Part shown: positions 1-13,113 of the stretch, one piece after another
How the letters are laid out: every line of letters starts with the position of its first letter
Position numbering within the stretch: position 1 is the first letter of the stretch
From: Octopus bimaculoides
Lineage: Eukaryota
DNA: 64,000 nucleotides
Direction: 5' to 3'
Assembly: GCF_001194135.2 (NCBI RefSeq)
Contig: NC_068981.1
Location: 102,240,324-102,304,323 of the forward strand
Program-made: the position numbers and the translations under genes
The notes under the pieces: model-generated
Database searches by the model: none
What the model was told of the DNA's origin: nothing
Seen by the model: only the letters and a program-made list of their open reading frames with translations

Positions 1-34
<34 letters not shown>

Positions 35-795
35 TGTCACGGCCCATAGATAAAATTAGTGAGGGTGCTGCTTCAGAAAACTTGTAGCCATTATTTTAAT
101 ATTGTGTAAAAGGAAACAAACTGCCTGGTATTGTGTTTAATTTGTTCAGTGAGCACCACTGTGAATTACCCCTTGTTTTTCAAAAATCCCCTTAAATCAC
201 AAAGTAAGGTGAGTAAATCTGCCCGATTTTTCAAATCCTGGCAGCAACACTGATGCTGGAAGCAGGATAATAATCTAATCCTATTCTTTATCACATTCCA
301 GAATATAAACGTTTATTTTAAGCACAACACATGTGGAGTGAAAAGTAAGCACTATCTTTCACTGGCACTGCATGAATGACAGTGCTGTCTCTCCCTAGCG
401 TGATGTTTCCTATCTAGGAAGGTGAGCATCGCACAACAGCCAAACACCACATCGCTGGAACTGGGAAGTGAACAGTTCTGTACAAGGATTTTTGTATTTT
501 TTTTACTCAACTAGGGGATGGCTACTGACATTAAACTTAAGGATTATATAATGTACAAGTATAAAGAAAGAATTAAAGAAAAAAGGATTGATTATATTGA
601 ATATTATCGATAATATCAAGTGGAAATAGCAGGGTGCTGCAGTTCTGCAGTGCCTAAAGATGAGCCGCCACTGCATACATACATACATACATACATACAT
701 ACATACATACATACAAATATACATACATACATGTACATATATATATATATATATATATGTACATAGGTTCAGTCCTCACCCCCCTCCTATTTATC

Positions 796-2322
796 ATAGT
801 CCTCAAGGGGCAATAACAAAGGAATTCAAGACAGGATGCTCCTGGAAGCTCCTCTCTGCTGATGACCTTGCCCTAATTGCTGAGTCACTATCAGAACTAG
901 AGGAGAAGTTTCAGGTGTGGAAGCAAGGACTAGAATCGAAGGGCCTTAGAGTCAATCTAGCTAAAACGAAAGTCCTAATAAGTAGGTAGGTAGACAAAAT
1001 ACAAACCCCTTCAGGTAGATGGCCCTGCTTGATCCATAGAAAAGGCGTAGGTAGAAACTCTATAAGATGTACCCAGTGTAAGCTATGGACACATAAGAGG
1101 TGCAGCAATATCAAAGGAAAGCTAACTAGGAAGATAGTTTTTGTATGTGGCAGATGTTCAGGAGCAATATACACTAAAAATGTGCAGAAAACAACTTTTG
1201 CCACATTCCAGGGAGAAAAACTAGAAGCAGTTGATAGCTTCCGTTACCAAGGTGACCAAGTCAGTAGTGGGCGAGGGTGCACTGAAAATGTAGCTGCGAA
1301 GCCAATATGCTCCGATGGTTGTGTAATGTCAGTGTGCATACTCGACAGAGTGTAAGTACCTTGAGAGAAAAGTTGAATTTAAGAAGCATCAGATGTGGTG
1401 TGCAAGAGAGACAATTGCGCTNNNNNNNNNNNNNNNNNNNNNNNNNNNNNNNNNNNNNNNNNNNNNNNNNNNNNNNNNNNNNNNNNNNNNNNNNNNNNNN
1501 NNNNNNNNNNNNNNNNNNNNNNNNNNNNNNNNNNNNNNNNNNNNNNNNNNNNNNNNNNNNNNNNNNNNNNNNNNNNNNNNNNNNNNNNNNNNNNNNNNNN
1601 NNNNNNNNNNNNNNNNNNNNNNNNNNNNNNNNNNNNNNNNNNNNNNNNNNNNNNNNNNNNNNNNNNNNNNNNNNNNNNNNNNNNNNNNNNNNNNNNNNNN
1701 NNNNNNNNNNTGTTGAGGCAAGTGAAATCGAAATTGAACCGAATCCGACGACTGGAACCCATGCCAACCTCTCCTTCATTGGACACTAAACTCTGCTTGC
1801 GAAGACCTGTTGGGGCAAGTGAAATTGAAATCGTAATTGAACCATATTTGATGACTGGCACCTGCACCAGTGGAGCACTAGCAGCACTGTCCGAGCGTGA
1901 TCATTGCCAGAGCAGCTGTCTGGCTTCTGTGCCAGTGGCACGTAAATAGCACCATTTGAGTGTGATTGTTACCAGCGTCGCCTTACTGGCACTTGTGCCG
2001 GTGGCCCATTAGAAAACATTCGAGCGAGGTCGTTGCCAGTGCCGCTGTACTGGCTCCTGTGTAGGTGGAATGTAAAAAACACAATTTTTAGCATGGCCGT
2101 TGCCAGTACCGCCTGACTGGCCTTTGTGCTGGTGGCACGTAAAAGCACCCACTACACTCTCGGAGTGGTTGGCGTTAGGAAGGGCATCCAGCTGTAGAAA
2201 CTCTGCCAGGTCAGATTGGAGCCTGGTGCAGCCATTCGGTTCACCAGTCCTCAGTCAAATCGTCCAACCCATGCTAGCATGGAAAGCGGACGTTAAACAA
2301 TGATGATGATTATGATGATGAT
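796..2322 (+). mobile_element. RTE-clade LINE, 5'-truncated decayed copy (RT C-terminal half, 3' UTR, (GAT)n tail); spans an N gap
   Basis: Translates to EFKTGCSWKLLSADDLALIAESLSELEEKFQVWKQGLESKGLRVNLAKTK (YADD changed to SADD). Nearly collinear with the 30480-33586 copy, with an internal deletion near 1297. Ends CATGCTAGCATGGAAAGCGGACGTTAAAC followed by (GAT)n. Confidence 0.9.
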
Positions 2323-2342
2323 ACATACATACTTACATTTAT

Positions 2343-2393
<51 letters not shown>

Positions 2394-2442
2394 TACATAC
2401 ATATACACATACATACATACATACATATACATACATACATAT

Positions 2443-2476
<34 letters not shown>

Positions 2477-3446
2477 TTTCCTTTTTTTGAAGAATAAATT
2501 TTATATATTTCATACAGTAAAAGAGTTTTGCAATGGTATAAAAACTTAGTTGAAGGAATTACAGTGCTAGAAGATAATTCTGGATTGAAGCCCTTAAGCC
2601 AGAAAAGAATAATGTGTGCACAGATGCATAATAAATACATACATAAATAAAATTCCTTCTGTGTTTCGTTGTCTCAACAATGAAGAGAAGTTAGGAATTT
2701 CTTAGACAGTTTCTTGAATATCAAACCATTTTGTTTTTCTTATCATTTGCATAGCCTCAAGGAATTTCCTATCAACTTCATTGTTCTCTCATTTTCAGAG
2801 AATTACACTTGCATTCTACCATTCACTGACATTTTAGTTAATGTTTGTGGATGCCTAAGATGTGTCGATATATGTAATGTGTAATAGGATCTGTAGGTAT
2901 AGGCACACAGAAGAAATTAGGTTTAATTCTAAATAATTTTCAAGCATTCATTATGATCGTTACCAGCTATCAGTGCTCTCACCAGACACAGCAAAAGTGA
3001 ATATTTACATGTTATTAAATGCCAATCCAAAAATGAGTCTGTTTTACCTACTGCTAATAATCTCCTTCATATCATAATCTGTTGTTTGAAAATACCATGG
3101 CACATTGGCAGAGTCATTAGAATACTGCACAGAATTCTTCCTTGTATTTGTTCTAACTATGCATTTTGTGTTCAAATCTTATTCAAATCAGATTTGTCTT
3201 TCATAACAATTTTTGCATTTATAAAGATATACTAATCTAGAGGGTTGAGCAAGATGTTTTGTGGTGTCATTTGCAACTCTTTACATTCTAAGTTCAAGTA
3301 TTGCTAAGATCAGCTTTTTCATCATTGCAAGGATGATGATAAGTACAAATCCAGAGGGATGGATTAGTGAAATTGAGCACTGGATTAGAGGGTCGAGCAA
3401 GATGTATTGTGGTGTCAATTCCAGTTCTTTGCATTCTGACTGCAGG

Positions 3447-3785
3447 ATCTCCCATTAGTCATGGATGACCATGGGATTGTACCAAGAAAGTTACCCTCTA
3501 AAGCACAAGTCCGGGCAAGGTTGTTTATGGAAGACCAGCAGTTGCCCATGCATACCAGCCTCCCCTCTCCATGCCACCAATGTTAGCCAAAAGGAAGACA
3601 AAGAGCGATAGTTTGGCACCAGTGATGCTGCAACTCATATCTACAGATAAGTGAACTGGAGCCAAGTGAAATAAAGTGTCTTACTCAAGAACACAGCTCA
3701 CAGCTTGGTCCAGGAATCAGGAATCAGACTCACTACCTCATGATTGTTAGCCTGATACTCAAACCACTGAGCCATGTACCTTCAC
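3447..3785 (-). mobile_element. tRNA-derived SINE, family D
   Basis: Collinear with 22186-22520. tRNA-like head at the high-coordinate end; the 3' tail resembles the RTE tail at 5826-5851. Confidence 0.65.
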
Positions 3786-4039
3786 ACCAACACCTGTAAT
3801 AACACTTGCATCAAAATAAATTGAGAGGCTCAAGAAAACAGTCTTTTCCAAGAATAAACATTTGCAGCATAGAAAAAGGAAATGTGCATGTATAGGTGAC
3901 TGCTCGTCTTAAAAACAAAAATCTTACCCAGCTCTGCATGTACGTGTGCCAATGCATAATGAAACTTAACCATAAAGGCACTAAGGAAATAAGGAAGGAC
4001 ACGTTAGACAAAGATAAATAATAACAAAAGTAAATTAAA

Positions 4040-4550
4040 CATATATTATAGGTGCAGGTATTGGTGGGTGGTTAACAAGTTTTCTTTGCAGCCACGTGAT
4101 TTTGGGTTCAGTATGACTGTAGCATTTTGGTCCAGTGTTTCTGGACATGGGTCAAACAATGCCATGCAAATGAATATGATAGACAGAAACTGTATGAAAG
4201 TCTAACCGCCTGCTGGCAACTTTTTCCATCTTCCAGAGGTAAATACTCAGTCTTTCTTTGCTGTTTTCACAGCTATACTGTGATCAAAATTTACTTTCTT
4301 GCCTATAAAATACACACGCACACACATATGCATATGTGGTTTCCTGTTTGTTCCCTGACATACACTGCTTGCTAACTGGTGTTAGTTTGTTTATGTCCCC
4401 ATAACATATAATTTTAACAAAAGACTAAGTACCAGACTTAAAAACAAGTGCCATGGTTGATTTGCTTGACTAAACCCTTCAAGGCAGTGTAATGGCCCAT
4501 CTAGGTTGCAATCCAATGACTGAAACCAGCAAAAGATAAAAGATGTGTCA
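4040..4550 (+). mobile_element. tRNA-derived SINE, family A (degenerate)
   Basis: Head GGTGCAGG...GGTTAACAAG...GGGTTCAGT and 3' part ...ATGACTGAAACCAGC match 47077-47485. Confidence 0.6.
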
Positions 4551-5349
4551 GTTTTGACAATGAACAATCTGCTCATTGAATTAGTATGTCAGTGGCTGAG
4601 AATTCCACAGACTGTCATACCCTTATAAATGTAATCCATAAGCAGAATCAACATGACACAGTATGAGACAAGGCTGGACTTTGTATTAGAGAAACCCATC
4701 TGTCTAATGGGTTTCTACACAATTTCCGTTGACCCAATTTCACTCACAAAGCTTGGGTTGATCTGAGGCCCACACTGCAGGATCAAACCTGAGACTCCAT
4801 TATTATGAAGTAAACTTCTTCACAACACACACACACACATTCACGCATGCATGCACATGTGCAAATTAGATGATGAGAGCTGGTATGCTTTTGACCAAAG
4901 ATCTGCATGTTCAGGACTGATCTAGATATAAACAACAAGTACAACAAACCAACAACCTACACAATGCAATAGCCAAATCTCCCTCAACAAATTTTCCAGT
5001 TTTTTTTTTTTTGTTCCTAGAAAATAAAAAAAGAAGGAATAAATCAAATAAAGAAGACTGCTATATCTTGTATCAGTAAATCTCTTTTTACCTTACACCA
5101 GAGTAAAGATGGCTTGCTTACAAAGGAACATTAATCGAAGAATCGACTTTCCACTTGAATCAATACACTAGACATCATATATCTGCATATTCATGGTGCA
5201 ATACTTATGGGTTCTTCAAATTGTGCGTAGGTCAACTTTGATTTTTACTTTTACTGAGGTTGCTAAAAGAAGCTCTAGTCAAGTACTGGGGTTGATTAAA
5301 GTGAATAATACCATTTCAATATCATCATCATTGTGACCATAAACAATGT

Positions 5350-5386
5350 TGCCATCACCATCATCATTGTCATCTTCATCATTATC

Positions 5387-5443
<57 letters not shown>

Positions 5444-5492
5444 CATCATTATTATTATTAGCAGTAGTAGTAGTAGCTTTTTTTTTTTTTTC
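5350..5492. repeat. (CAT)n/(ATT)n/(AGT)n microsatellite plus poly-T
   Basis: Read directly from the sequence. Confidence 0.95.
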
Positions 5493-5497
5493 TGTTG

Positions 5498-5860
5498 CAG
5501 GGCAGAGAAACATTGGCCACCCGAAGCTGAGGTGCAGGAGGGATATGAAGGCACTTGGTATCAACACCAATTCCTGGGAGGATCTTGCATCCGACCGAAC
5601 CAGCTGGAGAGGCACTCTTCACAAACAACTGCAGACCGGCGAAGAGAATTTGAGGGTGGCAGCAGCTGAAAACCGAGCCCACAGAAAAGAAATGACAGCC
5701 AACAGACTGGATTCAACATATAGGTGTGACCTCTGCAAACGAGACTGCCACTCTAGCATCGGTCTCTACAGCCACAGGAGGCATTGCAAAAACTGAATAG
5801 ACAACTCAATGGACGGATGACACCATCCATGGTTAGCCATGACCGATGGAGGCCTAAAGA
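5498..5860 (+). mobile_element. RTE-BovB-like LINE 3' end
   Basis: MKALGINTNSWEDLASDRTSWR...YRCDLCKRDCHSSIGLYSHRRHC is the typical RTE C-terminus (C-x2-C...SxIGLxSH), followed by a short 3' tail. Confidence 0.85.
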
Positions 5861-5889
5861 AGTAGTAGTAGCAACAGTAGTAAGGTGGT

Positions 5890-6088
5890 TAGCTGGCAGG
5901 ACCATTGGCATACCAGGTGTAATGCTAAGTAGCATTTCGTTTGTCTTCACGTTCTGAGTTCAAATTCCACTGAAGTCAACTTTGCCTTTCATCCTTTCAG
6001 GCTCAATAACATAAGTACTAGTTGAGTACTGGGTTGATGCAACCGACCCACCCTTCCCTCAAACTTGTTGGCTTTGTGCCAAAATTTG

Positions 6089-6090
<2 letters not shown>
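5890..6090 (+). mobile_element. tRNA-derived SINE, family B
   Basis: Contains the core TTCTGAGTTCAAATTCC...GTCAACTTTGCCTTTCATCCTTTC, which recurs at many places in the window. Confidence 0.7.
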
Positions 6091-6185
<95 letters not shown>

Positions 6186-6531
6186 CATTATAAGGGCTTT
6201 AGTTTAACAAATCACACCAGGGCCTTTTTTTAAAGTCTGGTACTTATTTCACCTGTCTGTTTTACTGAATCACCTGGTTACAGGGATACAAAAAAACTAA
6301 CACTAGTTGTCAAGTGGTAGAGGAACAGACACAAACATAAAGACACACACACACACACACANNNNNNNNNNNNNNNNNNCAACTCCGAAAGGATGAAAGG
6401 TAAAGTCTTCTTAAGCGGAATTTGAACTCAAAATGTAAGGACAGACGAAATGTTGCTAAGCATTTTGCCCAGCATGGTTATGATTCTGCCAGCTCACTGC
6501 CTTCATATACATACATATATACATACATATA

Positions 6532-8055
6532 CACCAAGAACCATGCTAATAGTTTAGGAAGGAAATTTAGGATTTCTCAGTTTTCTGTAAATCGATTTTG
6601 ATAAAACTTTTCCCAGCTGGTTTGCAACACCATTATTTTTTCATTATTCTGTATAACATCCTTTCTTTTTTATTTCAGATTTTTCAGTTTTTGGGTGAGC
6701 CATGCTAATAGCTTTTGAATGAAAATAGCCCATCTAGACATTTTTTTCAGAAAATGAAGGATAATAATACATATTAAGCATAGATTGAGTATATATTGAA
6801 TAGAAAACTATAATAATATTATAACATTTATTCACATAATGAATTATTTAGCCATATGAACACCATTTCAATGGATAACTTCAAAAACCGTATTAATTAT
6901 GGAATTTGTTAATTTTTTAATAGTAGCAGGTTGGACTGCCTCTGCTGCAGCTTTGATGGTTGCCCATGAGACATCTTTTGACATAAATTGGTGTCCGTCA
7001 GCATAAACATATTGTTTAATGATGGACCAAAGATTTTATATAGGTTGAGATCTGGAAATGCTGGTGGCCACAGCATCAACCTTTCACCTTGTATGCCATA
7101 AGACCCTAGTAATATTTGGGTGGTCCTAGCAGAGTGGGAGGGAGCGTTGTCCTGAATGAATATGAGATTCCTTAGAAGTGACAGCGGTATGTCATCTAGC
7201 CAGGGATCCAAGACCTCCTTCATGAGATTGCAGTAGGTGGTTGTAGTCACTTTAACCCTTTCAGGAACCCTGACTCAGTCAACAAGTCTGTCCCCAATGA
7301 TCCCAGCCCACCACATGACCCCTCCATCCTGTTGTTGACATCGTAAACATTGGTGACGCTTATCTCCAAAACACACCCAACCATTTGCCCAACGGTCAGA
7401 TCCATCAAATGTTGCTTTGGTTTTGTCAGTGCACACAACACAACTCATGTCTGTCATGTACTTTTGGGTTCATTGAAGCCTCAAACTCCTGTGGTAGAGC
7501 ATTAAAGAATGTAGTTTCAAGGGTTCTTGCACAGAAGCCATGGTCTCAAGGATGCGATTTCTGGTGGTTTTTGGTACATGAGGAAATCGAGAGGTGGCTT
7601 TGCTTGTTTATTCAGGTTTCTCATGTAACTTGTGGCCAACATTCCTTAAATCCCTAGCTGTTACAGTCTTGGAGGTCCCACAATCAGATTGTTTCTTCTT
7701 TGACGAAGGGTTCTTCAGGAATCATTTAACCGTGTCCTCATGACGACCAAACTTCTCCACAATGACATGAAGAGAGGTTCCTTTAGCACTTTCCTTGATG
7801 ATGACAGACTTTCTCTTCATCATTAAGGCCTTTTCCATGTCTCATTGTTCTTAGAGAGGAGAGACACAATTAGCGTGGTTCACTCAAAAACTGAAGAATC
7901 TGAGATAAAAAGAAAGGACATTACACAGAATAATGAAAACATAATGGTGTTGCCATAATGTGCAAACCAGCTGGGAAAAGTTTTATCAAAATCAATTCAC
8001 AGAAAACTGAGAAATCCTAAATTTCACTCCTAAGCTATTAGCGTGGTTCTGGGTA
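6532..8055 (-). mobile_element. Tc1-like DNA transposon, DD37E type, full length but transposase pseudogenised
   Basis: Imperfect TIRs of ~190 bp (CACCAAGAACCATGCTAATAG... / ...CTATTAGCGTGGTTCTGGGTA) with inner repeats, flanked by TA. Minus-strand motifs CTDKTKATFDGSDRW, QQQDGGVMWWAGII and FIQDNAPSH...WPPAFPDLN. Stops and frameshifts present. Confidence 0.92.
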
Positions 8056-8289
8056 TATATGCAACAAGCTTCTTTCAGTTTCCTGTCAATCAAATCCACT
8101 CACAAGACTTTGGTTGGCTGGAGCTATAGTAGAAGACACTTGTCTGAGGTGCCACACAGTGGGACCGAACACAAAATCTATGTCGTTCAGATGCAAACTT
8201 CTTACCATACTGCCATGCCTGCATCTATATTTTAAAAACGTTAAACCATTCTAAGTATTTGACTAGTATTTTGTTGATACTGAAAGCAG

Positions 8290-8500
8290 CTAGCTGACAG
8301 AATTGTCATCACACCAGGCAAAATGCTTAGCGATATTTCCTCTGCCGCTACATTCTGAGTTCAAATTCTGCTGAGGTCGATTTTGTCTTTCATCCTTTTG
8401 GGGTCGATAAATTAAGTACCAGTTGAATACTGGGGCCAAAGTAATCGACTTTCCCCTTCCCCCAAAAATTTCAGGCCTTGTGCCTATAGTAGAAAGGAGT
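8290..8500 (+). mobile_element. tRNA-derived SINE, family B
   Basis: Same core as 5890-6090 and 58606-58820. Confidence 0.75.
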
Positions 8501-8932
8501 ACTTTGTCGATACTGGAAGGATAAAAGGCAAAGTTAACCTCAGAGCAAAATTTGAAAGCAGACCATAAATTCCTGTAAATAAATACTGCAGCACTTTTAT
8601 AGAATGTTTTAAAGATTCTACCAATCCACTGACTTGTTGAAGAGAAATATATTTCTTCAAGATTTCTCTTGGTTTCTGCTCTTTAATAACGTCTTATCAT
8701 TAAACACTCAGTTGTTATAATTATTGATTTGCAAACTGAAGTTTTATCAATGTCTACACAAGTTAAAAATAATTCAGGTAAATTTTTATTGGTGACTTCT
8801 CTCGGAAGTCTCTGATTGACATTTATTTGTGTGAAATACAAAACTAGAATTCAGGAGAATTCAGGAGTTCCTCTCTCTCTCTCTCTCTCTCTCTCATGCA
8901 CACACATACTTACACACTCTTGCTGCCTCCTA

Positions 8933-8994
<62 letters not shown>

Positions 8995-9755
8995 CTCTCT
9001 CTCTGCAGTTATTTTCCTCCCTTTATTTCTTTCTGTTTTTCTTTCAACTCTTCTACATCCAGCATCTTACCCTACCAAACCTCCATTCCTTCAAGATCAA
9101 TCTATTTCCTCTTAAGATGTCTGCTGTTTGATACTTAGGTTTTGAACACAAACACATTAAACATATACACACACAAATGTGAATTACATACTAACACATA
9201 CATATATGTATGTATACATAACTACATATCAATAAACCTACTTATATACAGACACATATATAGTTAATTATGTATATCTATAAACATATATATTTATTTA
9301 TATATATATATATATATATNNNNNNNNNNNNNNNNNNNNNNNNNNNNNNNNNNNNNNNNNNNNNNNNNNNNNNNNNNNNNNNNNNNNNNNNNNNNNNNNN
9401 NNNNNNNNNNNNNNNNNNNNNNNNNNNNNNNNNNNNNNNNNNNNNNNNNNNNNNNNNNNNNNNNNNNNNNNNNNNNNNNNNNNNNNNNNNNNNNNNNNNN
9501 NNNNNNNNNNNNNNNNNNNNNNNNNNNNNNNNNNNNNNNTATATATATATATTTTATATATATATATATTTATATGTATGTGTGAGGTTACCTCTTTCTT
9601 TCTCTATACCCATCTAACCCATGCTAGCATGGAGTGAATGGATGTAAAACTGAAGAAACGTGTGAGTGTGTGTGTATGTCTACACCACACACATACATAC
9701 AGGCATATAAACACACATATATATATATACACATAAATATATACGTATACACACT

Positions 9756-9799
<44 letters not shown>

Positions 9800-10166
9800 C
9801 ATATATACATATACACACTCACACACACATATATAAACTCACACACACACACAAACAAGGTTCAAACATCTGTTACATGGAGTATATTAGCGTGGAATAG
9901 TTTGTTGTAAGGAGACAGAAGTCTGATATCAGTCATCTTGTTGTGATAGATTTCTATCAGCAAAATGCAAGTTGCCAGCTGGAAGTTTTTCAATTTTCTA
10001 TGTGACTTAAGTCTTACATCACTTTTTCAACTGATATCTTTATTGTTTGAAATATTTTCTTTCAATTCCTCTTTGCTTTCATTCTCATGCAGAGACGAGG
10101 CAAGCAGGGCTATGTGGCCAAACACTTGAATTATAAATATATGGATAGTAGCTTCATTCTAGCTGT

Positions 10167-10551
10167 TGTTGTTGGCACTCCATCGCTTACGACGTCGAGG
10201 GTTCCAGTTGATCCGATCAACAGAACAGCCTGCTCGTGAAATTAACGTGCAAGTAGCTGAGCACTCCACAGACACGTGTACCCTTAACGTAGTTCTCAGG
10301 GATATTCAGCATGACACAGTGTGACAAGGCTGACCCTTTGAAATACAGGTACAACAGAAACAGGAAGTAAGAGTGAGAGAAAGTTGTGGTGAAAGAGTAC
10401 AGCAGGGTTCGCCACCATCCCCTGCCGGAGCCTTGTGGAGCTTTAGGTGTTTTCTCTCAATAAACACACACAATGCCCGGTCTGGGGATCGAAACTGTGA
10501 TCCTATGACCGCGAGTCCGCTGCCCTAACCACTGGGCCATTACACCTCCAC
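10167..10551 (-). mobile_element. tRNA-headed SINE, family C, young copy with TSD
   Basis: Nearly identical to 42244-42630. Minus-strand head TGGCCCAGTGGTTAGGGCAGCGGACTCGCGGTC, (AAC)n tail, TSD CATTCTAGC[T/C]GT at 10155-10166 and 10552-10563. Confidence 0.85.
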
Positions 10552-10689
10552 CATTCTAGCCGTAGACATTTCATATAGATTTCTAGGTTAGATACATCCT
10601 TCCATCCCAAACTAAGCATGTGCTTAGAACATCAAGGGAAGGAGGGGGCATCACAGAAATGGTAAATGGTTTACGGTACAAAAGAAATC

Positions 10690-10995
10690 ACTTTAAACTT
10701 GCTAAGATAATATTCAGGATGCCTTTATCTCTACTAAGTATAGATGCAGATGTGTTACCTAAGATTAATTTTGAGGATCTGATCAAAGACTTCAATTCAA
10801 AAAAGTAAGAAGAAACATTTCAAATATAAATAAAGTGGAAGTATACAAAGATAAACATTATTTTCTCTCTTACTGTTTAGTTTCGTTTTGAAAAATAAAA
10901 TTTACTTTGTAGTTTGTTATTGTTTATATTTTGAATTACATAATCTTTTATGGGGGTACCAAGACCTTTTAAGTGTTTAGGACCCTGATGGTCTT
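10690..10995 (+). mobile_element. hAT-type transposase C-terminal remnant and right end
   Basis: LSLLSIDADVLPKINFEDLIKDFNSKK resembles the C-terminus of the hAT dimerisation domain (LxLLSIExD...IDFDxxIxxFAxxK). Confidence 0.55.
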
Positions 10996-10996
10996 A

Positions 10997-11400
10997 ATCC
11001 ATCCATCCATCCATCCATCCATCCATCCATCCATCCATCCATCCTTTCATATTATCTGTGCATTATTCCTAAATGGTTGTGAAGACAGAGTCCAGTCCTC
11101 AGGTAACTCCTCCATATGGTCCTATCAGATTCAAATGCCATTACATCTTCCTGCTAGATTCCCAAATGGCATGACCAACTGAGGCTATGTATATTACCCA
11201 ACCATCTCATTCTTGGTCTACTCCTAAGTCTCCTGTTAGTTCGCTTAGCTGGAAGAATCTGTCTAGCAATTCCTTCCTGCAGCTTTCTAATCACATGTCC
11301 ATAATACCAGGGCTGTGACCCCTCAATGCAGTGAAGTAGTAGCTCAACCTGGAAAAACTACCCTGATCTCCTAGCTATGTACCCTGCTGTGTAATATGCA
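10997..11400 (-). mobile_element. RTE-X/Expander-like LINE 3' fragment with (GGAT)n tail
   Basis: Minus strand reads ...WYYGHVIRKLQEGIARQILPAKRTNRRLRSRPRMRC..., then (GGAT)n at 10997-11043. Confidence 0.6.
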
Positions 11401-12169
11401 TAATTGCAACATACATTTTTCACTTGCTTTCTATTGTTGTTTACTTATTGTATGTATTCTTTGACAGATTTACTCCACCCATGCAAGTTATTCAACTAAG
11501 AGGGTTGATCAAAAGAAAGATACTCTACCATAAGACATGGCATTTGAAGACCTGTCCAACCCATACCAGTGTTGAAAAGTGGACATTAAAACTACTGCAC
11601 CCTAGGTGAGAGGTTGCCTCCTCATCCTCCTCTTGCCACTACTGCTGCTGCCACCACCGCTGCCGCCACCGCCGCTGCTACCGCCGCCGCCACCGCCGCC
11701 GCCGCCGCCACCATCAACACCACCGCAAATACTAATACTTGCAAGTTACTTGGCAAACCTTCACTTGTGTTAATGTCATGCAAAAAGATATTCAGCTGTA
11801 CACTCTATAGAATGGTTGGTGTTTGGAAGAGCATCCAGCTAAAGAGACCATACCAAAGCAGACATTGGAGCTCAATGCAGACCTCCATCTCGGTGGATCC
11901 TATCAAACCATCAACCCCATACCAGCATCGAAAATAGACATTAAATGATGATGTTGATGATGATCCTGATGTTAGTGTACCAAGAATCAAATTAACCAAT
12001 GTTATTTCATTTTCTTTTCCTTAAACACTCAGGTTTAATCTGAAAGATATTTAGCTGCTATTTCTAATTTCAAAACAGGTTATACACCCATGCAGAGTTT
12101 TACTTGTTGGATTGATATAAATTCTTGTATACTGTTTGATAATTTCCATTTGTTGACTTACCTTTTATC

Positions 12170-12510
12170 TTCTATATTTTACTTGTTTCAGTCATTAGAC
12201 TGTGGCCATGCTGGAGCACCACCTGGAAGAACTTTTAGTTGAATGTATCAAACCCAGTGTTTATTTTTTTAAAGCCTGGTACTTATTTTATTGGTTTCTT
12301 TTACTGAACTGCTAAGTTACAGGGACATATACACACCAACACCAGTTGTCAAGTGGTGGTAGGAGACTTCAGTTTCTGTCCACCAAATCCACTCACCAGG
12401 CTTTGGTCGGCTTGAGGCTATAGTAAAAGACACTTCCCCAAGGTGCCATGCAGTGAGACTGAACCTGGAACCATGTGGTTGGTAAGCAAGCTTCTTACCA
12501 TACAGCCACA
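12170..12510 (-). mobile_element. tRNA-derived SINE, family A (internally deleted)
   Basis: Reverse-complement match to the head and tail of 47077-47485. Confidence 0.75.
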
Positions 12511-12859
12511 AAAACCCGTGCCACAGATAATCATGACACAAAATTCATTGTTGGATTCATTTATCCATCACACAACTATAAAATAATATGAGATGTGGAA
12601 GTTGTATGCGAAGAATTTTGCCAAGATGATGAGTGGAAGTTGAAATGTAGTCTAGTATTATATTCATTTATTTATTTATTTATTTCATCTAAACCATTCT
12701 GATCATTATGAAACCAAAAATTATGTAATTCTTCGTTGCAACTGCATTTCTCTCCTTGACATTTCTTCTTCTTCTTCTTTCAGTTGCTAGTCAGAAATTC
12801 TGAGCCATTCTTTTGTGTATGCTCTGTAACTCACTACCAGTAGCATTGATAACTGTCAT

Positions 12860-12940
12860 CATCATCATCATCATCATCATCACCACTAATACCACTGTCA
12901 TCATCATCATCATCATCATCCTCATCACAACACAACCACC

Positions 12941-12974
<34 letters not shown>

Positions 12975-13081
12975 TCACCACCACCATTACCACCATCATG
13001 ACCATCACTACCGCCACCACCATTATCACCACCAGCACCAGCACCAGCACCAGCACCACCATCACCGCCACCGCCGCTATC

Positions 13082-13113
<32 letters not shown>

